NCBI GenBank assembly: GCA_947494865.1 | Contig: CANMAT010000043.1 | Coordinates: 1 to 12,075, forward strand | DNA length: 12,075 nt | DNA from: Deltaproteobacteria bacterium | GTDB lineage: Bacteria > Myxococcota_A > Polyangia > Polyangiales > Ga0077539 | Reading direction: 5' to 3' | Shown: positions 6,385 to 12,075 of the stretch, in pieces | Layout: each line of letters begins with the position of its first letter | Numbering within the stretch: position 1 is the stretch's first letter | Position numbers and translations under genes: made by a program | Notes under the pieces: generated by a model | Told to the model about the DNA's origin: nothing | Seen by the model: only the letters and a program-made list of their open reading frames with translations | Database searches by the model: none

Positions 6385-7662
6385 ATGTCTGGCCCGCGAT
6401 ACGAAACGACCTCCAGTGGCAGCGCAGCCGACGTACACCCCTCCGCGGGCGAGGCGCGCGCGACGGCGCAGCGCATCACGCGGAGCCTGCGCAGGGCGCT
6501 CACCGACGCCGACGTGCGTCAGTGCGTGTCCGACGCGCTCTCGCTCGACCGCCTGCAGCGCACCCCGGGCGAGCCGCTGCGCGCGGCCTTCGAGGCGCTC
6601 GTCCGCGACGCGTCGGACCGCGCCCCGTGGGGCCTCGACGACCCCGCGGCCGTCGTGGCCGACCTCACCTCGTGGGCGTGGCGCGGCGACGTCGACCCCG
6701 CGCTCGGCTTCGCGGTGGCGGCTTCGGTGCTCGGCGAGGCGCACGCCCACCGCGGCGCGCGGCCCGTCGCGATGGTGGCCGTCGATGATCCGCTCGACCC
6801 GGCGCGCGCCCTCGGCGACGTGCTCGGTCACAGGCTGGCCGAGGCCGAGGCGCGGGCGCGCAAGATCGCCCGAGAGTGCGGCTGCGACGCGCTGGTGCGA
6901 GAGGTTTTTCTCCCCGCGGTGGCGTCGAACCTCGCGGCCCTCGGCGACGCGGCGGCCCAGGTGGTGCGTGGGTGGACGCTCGCTGCGCGCTTCCCCGACG
7001 CTGCCGAAGACGTGATGGCGGCCACCGCAGTGATGCTCACCGTCACCCACGGGTGCGTGCGCTCGGGCGGCGGTTTCGACCCCGTAGCCTCCTCGTCGCG
7101 TGCGCCCCGCGACGACGCCCGGGGCGCGCTCTTCGCCCTCGCGCGCGCCGTCGCGACGCGCATCCGCGCTCTCCCCGCGGGCCCTGCCTCGCGCGGTGAC
7201 TCCTCGCACCACGACCTCTCGCGCGCCCTGCGCATGGCTCACGCCGCCCTGCGGCTGCTGCCGCTCTGCACCGCCGACGAGGGCGCGCGCCTCGCGTCGC
7301 AGTGTGCGGGCGTGGTCGAGCGCCTCCGCGGCCCCGCGGCCCCCCGCGTGACGAGCTGCGCGAGCGAGAAGCCCCTCGAAGAGGCCCTCGCGTCGCGCGA
7401 CCTCGGCGCCGCGCGGGCCGCGCTGAGTGGGCTCGACGCGGCCGCCGCGTTTCGACGCCTCGCGCCCTTCGCGGCGTCTTCGTCGGCGTCGCGTCCCTAT
7501 CATATCGCGATCACCGTGCAGACCGTCGAGGGCCTGCGCGAACTCGCCGCCGACGACCCTGCGCACGCCGACGACTACCTCGACGCCGGGCTCTCGCTCA
7601 CGGTGCCTTGGCGCCCCGAGAGAGACCTCGCGCGCGTCATCGACGACCTCCGCGGGTCGTGA
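6385..7662 (+). CDS. Hypothetical protein (Ala/Asp/Arg-rich, no recognised domain); alternative start at 6334
   Basis: The long ORF has saturated GC3 in this frame, whereas the overlapping minus-strand ORF 6310..7566 does not look coding. There are two in-frame ATGs (6334 and 6385). 6385 is preferred because the repeat elements then fall in the leader. The stop codon TGA is at 7660-7662. Confidence 0.6.
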   Translation: MSGPRYETTSSGSAADVHPSAGEARATAQRITRSLRRALTDADVRQCVSDALSLDRLQRTPGEPLRAAFEALVRDASDRAPWGLDDPAAVVADLTSWAWRGDVDPALGFAVAASVLGEAHAHRGARPVAMVAVDDPLDPARALGDVLGHRLAEAEARARKIARECGCDALVREVFLPAVASNLAALGDAAAQVVRGWTLAARFPDAAEDVMAATAVMLTVTHGCVRSGGGFDPVASSSRAPRDDARGALFALARAVATRIRALPAGPASRGDSSHHDLSRALRMAHAALRLLPLCTADEGARLASQCAGVVERLRGPAAPRVTSCASEKPLEEALASRDLGAARAALSGLDAAAAFRRLAPFAASSSASRPYHIAITVQTVEGLRELAADDPAHADDYLDAGLSLTVPWRPERDLARVIDDLRGS

Positions 7663-7671
7663 CGTAGCCTG

Positions 7672-8199
7672 TCACACGTCGCGCGCTACCCGCGCGCGGC
7701 GCCGCTCAGCCTCGACGACGGGCTGCATCACGCGCTGCGCGTCGAGGTCGTCGAGCACGATGAGCTCCTCGACGCGGTCGTTGGTGCCGGCAGCCTCGAG
7801 AAACCACCGGATCGCATCGCCGGGTGAGACGCGGTTGTGGTTGCGCCCCGGGAGCGACAGCACGAGGTTGCGCAGTCGCAGCCCCTCCACCACCTCGAAG
7901 ATCCGCGCGGTCACGGCGTTGAAGCGCGCGACGTCGAAGCGCTCGCGGGCGCCGCTCCCAAAGAGGAGCAGCTTGTCGAAGGGCAGGCGCGGGCGCACGG
8001 GCACGAGCGTCACCTCGCCGAGCGCGCCGGTGACGCGCCCCCCGAGGAGGAGGCGCGAGAGCCGACCGCAGAGTCGCCAGTCGCACAGCCCCGCGGCGCC
8101 GCGCAGGGGGCGCTCGTCTTCGAAGAACGGCAACGCCACGGCCTCGTAACGGAGGCCGTCGACGCGCGCGAGGTCGAGCGAGACGAAGCGGACGTCCAT
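7672..8199 (-). CDS. Conserved hypothetical protein with a macro-like / peptidase-M17-N-terminal / DNA polymerase III chi-like fold signature
   Basis: 175 aa with very high GC3. The segment AVALPFFEDERPLRGAAGLCDWRLCGRLSRLLLGGRVTGALGEVTLVPV...LLLFGSG resembles the PepA N-terminal domain pattern (ACIVVGVFEP...[27 protein letters not shown]...ILLIGCG). The start of the protein, VRFVSLDLARVDGL, resembles the start of HolC (ATFYLLDNDTTVDGL). It lies 7 nt downstream of nusB on the same strand. Confidence 0.7.
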   Translation of the reverse strand: MDVRFVSLDLARVDGLRYEAVALPFFEDERPLRGAAGLCDWRLCGRLSRLLLGGRVTGALGEVTLVPVRPRLPFDKLLLFGSGARERFDVARFNAVTARIFEVVEGLRLRNLVLSLPGRNHNRVSPGDAIRWFLEAAGTNDRVEELIVLDDLDAQRVMQPVVEAERRRARVARDV

Positions 8200-8206
8200 C
8201 GCAGGG

Positions 8207-8680
8207 CTAGAGCTTGCCGTTCGTCTTCGCGATGCGGTCGAGAATGCCGTTGACGAAGGCGTAGGCGCCCTCCGCGCCGAACTCGCGGGCGAGCTCGACG
8301 GCCTCGTCGATGCTCACCTGCACGGGCACATCGGCACCTCCGTAGAGAATCTCCCACGCCGCGAGGCGCAGCACGTTGCGGTCGACGCGGGCCATGCGTT
8401 CGAGGCGCCAGTTCGGCGACGCGGCGCGGATCACCTCGTCGAGCGCCGTGCGCGCCCCCACGACGCCGCGCACGATCCCGTCGCCGTACGCGCGGCCCGC
8501 GGGGGGGCCCTCGAGGTTGTTCCAGTACGCGGTGAGCGCGCGCTCGCCGTCGTCGGGCGACGGCGCGGGCAGGCAGTCGACGGCGTAGAGCACCTGCAGG
8601 GCGGCCTCGCGGGCCTGGCGCCGCGGCCCTGACTCGGGCGCGCTCGCCGGGGGCCGCGCGGAGCGTCGGTCAGTGGCCAT
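8207..8680 (-). CDS. nusB: Transcription antitermination factor NusB
   Basis: 157 aa. ...[11 protein letters not shown]...[23 protein letters not shown]...[33 protein letters not shown] is a typical NusB. It overlaps the ribH stop by 11 nt, the classical ribH-nusB arrangement. Confidence 0.9.
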   Translation of the reverse strand: MATDRRSARPPASAPESGPRRQAREAALQVLYAVDCLPAPSPDDGERALTAYWNNLEGPPAGRAYGDGIVRGVVGARTALDEVIRAASPNWRLERMARVDRNVLRLAAWEILYGGADVPVQVSIDEAVELAREFGAEGAYAFVNGILDRIAKTNGKL

Positions 8681-9161
8681 GGCGCTTGAGTGCCTTGTGC
8701 AGCGAGATCATCTCGATGACGCTCAGCGCGGCCTCCCAGCCCTTGTTGCCGGCCTTGGTGCCCGCGCGCTCGATGGCCTGCTCGATGTTCTCGGTGGTGA
8801 TCACCCCGAGCGCCACGGGGACGCCCGACTCCATCGAGACCATCGCGAGGCCCTTGGTGACCTCGCCCGCCACGTAGTCGAAGTGGGGGGTGCCGCCGCG
8901 GATGACGGCGCCGACCGCCACGATCGCATCGTAGCGCCCGCTCTGCGCGAGCGTGCGGCACACCATGGGGAGCTCCCACGCGCCGGGCGCCCGCACGATC
9001 GTGACCTCGGCCGCGCCGTGGCGGCGCAGACAATCGAGCGCGCCCTCGACGAGGCGGTCGACGATAAAGTGATTGAAGCGGCTCGCGAGGACTGCAACAC
9101 GCGCCCCGGTCGCCACCAGGTCGCCCTCGATCACGGTCGTACGAAGACCCTCGTCGCTCAT
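8670..9161 (-). CDS. ribH: 6,7-dimethyl-8-ribityllumazine synthase
   Basis: 163 aa from ATG 9159-9161. ...[30 protein letters not shown]...[11 protein letters not shown]...[24 protein letters not shown]...[27 protein letters not shown]... is a canonical lumazine synthase. The long Arg-rich N-terminal extension in the ORF track is non-coding shadow. Confidence 0.9.
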   Translation of the reverse strand: MSDEGLRTTVIEGDLVATGARVAVLASRFNHFIVDRLVEGALDCLRRHGAAEVTIVRAPGAWELPMVCRTLAQSGRYDAIVAVGAVIRGGTPHFDYVAGEVTKGLAMVSMESGVPVALGVITTENIEQAIERAGTKAGNKGWEAALSVIEMISLHKALKRHGH

Positions 9162-9186
9162 GGCGCGGGCTTGTAGTCCCCGCGCC
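9162..9186 (-). other. 8-bp perfect stem (GGCGCGGG / CCCGCGCC) with a 9-nt loop, immediately 5' of the ribH start codon on the mRNA; RBS-occluding intercistronic hairpin
   Basis: Read directly from the sequence: ggcgcggg (9162-9169), loop cttgtagtc, cccgcgcc (9179-9186). On the minus-strand transcript it abuts the ribH AUG, in the 40-nt ribB(A)-ribH spacer. No U-tract follows it. Confidence 0.45.
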
Positions 9187-9201
9187 ACAGAAAGGCAACG
9201 G

Positions 9202-10392
9202 CTACGACTGCGCGTCGCCCCGTGAGGCCGTCGCGCCCGACACGTCGACCATGTCGACGACCTCGAGGCCGTAGCCCGCGAGGCCCACCAGGCGCCGCGG
9301 GTTGCTCGTGACGAGGCGGATCTTGCGCAGGCCGAGCTCCATAAGAATCTGCGCGCCCAGACCGTGCTCGCGCTGCGCCGGCGAGCCCTGCGACACGAGG
9401 TCGTGCGGCTGTTGACGCGCCTCGCCCGCGAGAGCGCGCAGGTCGTCGAGCAGGTCGGTCTGCGTGGGGGGGAAGTACACCACCACCCCGCGGCCCTCGC
9501 GCTCCATGCGGCGCATGGCTTCGAAGAGGTACGCCCCGCCGCCGATGGCGGGCCGCCCGTCGAGGTTGTTCGCGGGCGCGAAGAGATCGGCGAAGACCGA
9601 GCCCGGGTGCATGCGCACAAGGGTCGGGGCCTCGGCGTCGGCCTCGCCCGCGACGAGCGCCAGAAACTGCCGATGCGAAGCGTCGGTCGACTCGTACACG
9701 TGGGCCTTCCACGTCGACGAGAAGCCCGCGGGGGTGAACGACGCGCTCGCCACGCGCCGCACAAGGCGGTCGGTCTTGAGCCGATAGTGAATGAGGTCTT
9801 CGATGGTGACGATGGGCGTGTCGTGCTCGGCGGCGAAGCGCTCGAGGTCGGGCATGCGCGCCATGGTGCCGTCGTCGTTCATGATCTCGCAGATGACGCC
9901 CGCGGGGGTGAGGCCCGCGAGGCGCGCGAGGTCGACGCTCCCCTCCGTCTGCCCCGTGCGCTGGAGCACCCCGCCGGGCCGCGCGCGCAGCGGAAAGATG
10001 TGCCCCGGAGACACCAGGTCTTCGGGCTTCGCGTCCGGCGCCACGGCGACGCGCACCGTGTGAGAGCGGTCCGCCGCGGAGATGCCCGTGGTCACACCCT
10101 CGCGCGCCTCGATACTCACCGTGAAGGCGGTCCCGAGCGACGCGCGGTTCTTCTCGACCATCATGGGCAGCCGAAGCTGGTCGATGGTCTCCTCGGTGAG
10201 CGCCAGGCAGATGAGCCCCCGCGCGTGCTTCGCCATGAAATTGATGGCGTCGGGCGACACCTTCTCCGCCGCCAGCACGAGGTCGCCCTCGTTCTCACGG
10301 TCCTCGTCGTCGGTGAGAATCACCATGTGTCCCGCGCGGATCGCGTCGATCGCGCGCCGTGCCCGTTCCTCGGGCGTTCCTTCGAGCGGCAT
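9202..10392 (-). CDS. ribB: Bifunctional-type RibBA homologue: intact 3,4-dihydroxy-2-butanone-4-phosphate synthase domain fused to a degenerate GTP cyclohydrolase II-like domain (RibBX-like)
   Basis: 396 aa. The N-terminal half carries the DHBP synthase motifs ([26 protein letters not shown]). The C-terminal half is GCH II-like, but the region aligning with the E. coli RibA motif VHSECLTGD...LRCDCGFQ reads [19 protein letters not shown]. All three Zn-ligand cysteines are missing, and the EGRNIGLLNK-type motif is also missing. Confidence 0.85.
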   Translation of the reverse strand: MPLEGTPEERARRAIDAIRAGHMVILTDDEDRENEGDLVLAAEKVSPDAINFMAKHARGLICLALTEETIDQLRLPMMVEKNRASLGTAFTVSIEAREGVTTGISAADRSHTVRVAVAPDAKPEDLVSPGHIFPLRARPGGVLQRTGQTEGSVDLARLAGLTPAGVICEIMNDDGTMARMPDLERFAAEHDTPIVTIEDLIHYRLKTDRLVRRVASASFTPAGFSSTWKAHVYESTDASHRQFLALVAGEADAEAPTLVRMHPGSVFADLFAPANNLDGRPAIGGGAYLFEAMRRMEREGRGVVVYFPPTQTDLLDDLRALAGEARQQPHDLVSQGSPAQREHGLGAQILMELGLRKIRLVTSNPRRLVGLAGYGLEVVDMVDVSGATASRGDAQS

Positions 10393-10405
10393 TGCCTGCG
10401 TCCCT

Positions 10406-11062
10406 TCAGCCTTCGTTCACAAACCCGTGGCGCGCGAGGGGGTCCAGGGTCACCCCGCCACCCCCGCCCTCATAGGCCGCGCGCCCTTCCATCAGCCGCG
10501 CCACATAGCGCGTGATCACATCGACTTCGAGGTTCACCGCAGCGCCCACGCCCCGCGCGCCGAGCACCGTCGCGTCACGCGTGAAGGGCACGAGCATCAC
10601 TTCGAAGCCCCTCGCGCTCACCGCGTTCACCGTGAGGCTCACGCCGTCGATGGCGATCGAACCCTTCTCGGCCACGTAGCGCAACACTTCGGGCGGCGCC
10701 TCGAACATCACCCGCTCCGCCGTGCCCACCTCTTCGCGCCGCGCCACGCGCCCGACGCCGTCGACGTGCCCCGCGACGATGTGACCGCCGAGCCGGTCGC
10801 CCACCGCGAGCGCGCGCTCGAGGTTCACGTGCGATCCCGCACCGATGGAGCCGAGCGTGGTGCGCGACAGCGTCTCCGCGCTCGCGCTCGCCGCGAATGC
10901 GCCCGGCAGGATCGTCGCGACCGTGAGGCAGACGCCATCGACCGCGATGCTCTCTCCGAGCTCGAGCTTCGGGTACGCGCACTCGACCGTGAGCGTCGCC
11001 GACGGACCCGCCGCGGCGCGAGAACGCAAACGGCCTATGGCTGTGATGATGCCTGTGAACAC
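10406..11062 (-). CDS. ribE: Riboflavin synthase (alpha subunit)
   Basis: The GTG start at 11060-11062 overlaps the ribD TAG by 1 nt. The product [12 protein letters not shown]...[13 protein letters not shown]...[10 protein letters not shown]...[12 protein letters not shown]...[12 protein letters not shown]... shows the duplicated-barrel riboflavin synthase motifs. The 120-aa Arg-rich extension upstream in the ORF track is shadow. Confidence 0.85.
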   Translation of the reverse strand: MFTGIITAIGRLRSRAAAGPSATLTVECAYPKLELGESIAVDGVCLTVATILPGAFAASASAETLSRTTLGSIGAGSHVNLERALAVGDRLGGHIVAGHVDGVGRVARREEVGTAERVMFEAPPEVLRYVAEKGSIAIDGVSLTVNAVSARGFEVMLVPFTRDATVLGARGVGAAVNLEVDVITRYVARLMEGRAAYEGGGGGVTLDPLARHGFVNEG

Positions 11063-12075
11063 TAGAGCTCTCCCTCGATGCGAAGGTCGTCGCCGACGCG
11101 GTCGACGCGCACGTCCCGCAGCCTGTGAGCCTCGGAGATCGCGGCCACCCCGCGGCCGCCGAACGCCGTGGGTGCTCCGGCCCCGCCGAAGATCATCGGC
11201 GCCACGTAGCTCACCACGCGGTCGCCCAGGCCGCCGTCGAGAAAGGCCCCGTGGAGCGCGCCGCCGCCCTCGCAGAGCGCCGACACCACGCCCCGCGCCG
11301 CGAGCCAGCGGAGGGCCGCCGCGAGGTCGACGCGCCCTTCGATCGACGCGATCGGCGCCACCACGACGCCGAGGTCGGCGAGCGCTGACACGCGATCGCG
11401 CGCGTGACCCTGGCGGGTGAGCACCCACACGGGCGCCTCGCGCGCCGACCGGGCGAGCTTCGAAGCGCCAGGCGTCACGAGCTCCGAGTCGACCACGACG
11501 CGCGCGGGCTGACGCGGCGCCGCGACGTGACGTACGGTGAGCTCGGGGTCGTCGGCGAGCACCGTGCGGCTGCCGACGATCACGGCGTCGGAGGCGGCCC
11601 GGAGGGCGTGAACGTCGGCGCGCGCCTCGGGGCCGGTGATCCAGCGGCTCTCGCCCGTGCGGGTCGCGATGCGACCGTCGAGCGTCGTCGCGACCTTCAG
11701 CGTAAGGTGCGCGCGGCCTTCAGTGATAAACGTGCGCCAGGGCGCGATGACTCGCCTCGCCTCGCGCTGCCACGGCGGCGCGAAGCCCTCACATACGGCG
11801 ATGCCGGCGGCCTCTAGCGCGGCCCGACCGCCGCCCGCCACGTGCGGGTTGGGGTCCCTCACGGCGTAGACGACGCGCGCGACACCCGCGCGGGCGAGCG
11901 CCTCCGTGCACGGCGGCGTTCGGCCGTGGTGGTTGCACGGCTCGAGCGTGACGAACAACGACGCCCCTCGGGCTCGCTCTCCCGCCGCCCGCAACGCCGC
12001 GACCTCGGCGTGCTCGTCGCCCGCGCGCACGTGCCACCCCTCGGCCACGACCTCGCCTTCGCGCACGACGACCGC
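11062..12075 (-). CDS. ribD: Bifunctional diaminohydroxyphosphoribosylaminopyrimidine deaminase / 5-amino-6-(5-phosphoribosylamino)uracil reductase, N-terminally truncated by the window edge
   Basis: The CDA-type zinc motifs HAE and [13 protein letters not shown] are followed by a reductase domain ([24 protein letters not shown]...). The frame is still open at the window end, so the true start lies beyond 12075. Confidence 0.9.
   Translation of the reverse strand, partial: AVVVREGEVVAEGWHVRAGDEHAEVAALRAAGERARGASLFVTLEPCNHHGRTPPCTEALARAGVARVVYAVRDPNPHVAGGGRAALEAAGIAVCEGFAPPWQREARRVIAPWRTFITEGRAHLTLKVATTLDGRIATRTGESRWITGPEARADVHALRAASDAVIVGSRTVLADDPELTVRHVAAPRQPARVVVDSELVTPGASKLARSAREAPVWVLTRQGHARDRVSALADLGVVVAPIASIEGRVDLAAALRWLAARGVVSALCEGGGALHGAFLDGGLGDRVVSYVAPMIFGGAGAPTAFGGRGVAAISEAHRLRDVRVDRVGDDLRIEGEL

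Noticed and set aside
6310-7566. 418-aa minus-strand ORF overlapping the 6385..7662 gene
   Set aside because: It has an Arg/Gly-rich shadow composition. The plus-strand frame shows the coding GC3 pattern.
7658-7676. Short inverted repeat GTGAC-N7-GTCAC between the convergent genes at 7662/7672
   Set aside because: It has only a 5-bp stem and no U-tract. It is probably insignificant at this GC content, though it could contribute weakly to bidirectional termination.
9162-9764. N-terminal extension of the ribH ORF (364 aa in the track), and similarly 11063..11428 for ribE
   Set aside because: Lumazine synthase and riboflavin synthase have the correct length and N-terminal motifs from the internal starts (ATG 9161; GTG 11062). 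The extensions overlap the upstream rib genes in another frame and are Arg/Pro-rich.
9162-10405. Search for an FMN riboswitch (RFN element) inside the rib cluster
   Set aside because: The intergenic spacers are only 40 nt and 13 nt and lack the conserved RFN motifs. If a riboswitch exists it must be upstream of ribD, beyond 12075.
9364-11065. Long plus-strand ORFs (9364..10515 and 10082..11065) across the rib genes
   Set aside because: They are antisense to ribB(A) and ribE, which have unambiguous homology. Their Arg/His-rich composition is not protein-like.

Overview
This is a very GC-rich window (about 70% or more GC, with GC3-saturated codon usage), consistent with a myxobacterial or other deltaproteobacterial-type chromosome. 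At high GC every frame yields long Arg/Ala-rich shadow ORFs, so genes were called by third-position GC and by protein-level recognisability. Gene content, in order:

- **M20 amidohydrolase (2..301, +):** the 3' end of an M20-family amidohydrolase gene.
- **Lipoprotein with lamin-tail domain (347..1966, +):** a secreted protein or lipoprotein whose C-terminus carries a lamin-tail-like domain.
- **Major vault protein homologue (2039..4492, +):** a 22-bp perfect palindrome lies 72 bp upstream of it. The 817-aa product aligns from memory with eukaryotic major vault protein (MVP) along its whole length: N-terminal vault repeats, an SPFH-like shoulder domain, a cap-helix coiled coil and a cap-ring tail. 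This is the standout feature. Bacterial MVP homologues are rare and no bacterial vault particle has been characterised.
- **Secreted proteins of unknown function (4497..5150 and 5235..5825, -):** both carry signal peptides. The second is tightly coupled to a small conserved hypothetical gene (5834..6232, -).
- **Hypothetical protein (6334/6385..7662, +):** divergently transcribed, with an unusual direct-repeat motif at its 5' end.
- **Hypothetical protein (7672..8199, -):** 175 aa with a macro / M17-N / DNA polymerase III chi-like fold signature.
- **Riboflavin cluster (8207..12075, -):** a classical minus-strand ribD–ribE–ribB(A)–ribH–nusB cluster. Its ribBA carries a degenerate GTP cyclohydrolase II half that lacks the zinc-binding cysteines, i.e. 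a RibBX-type protein. A strong hairpin sits exactly on the ribH ribosome-binding site.

No tRNA or rRNA gene, CRISPR array, IS element or FMN riboswitch is visible in the window.
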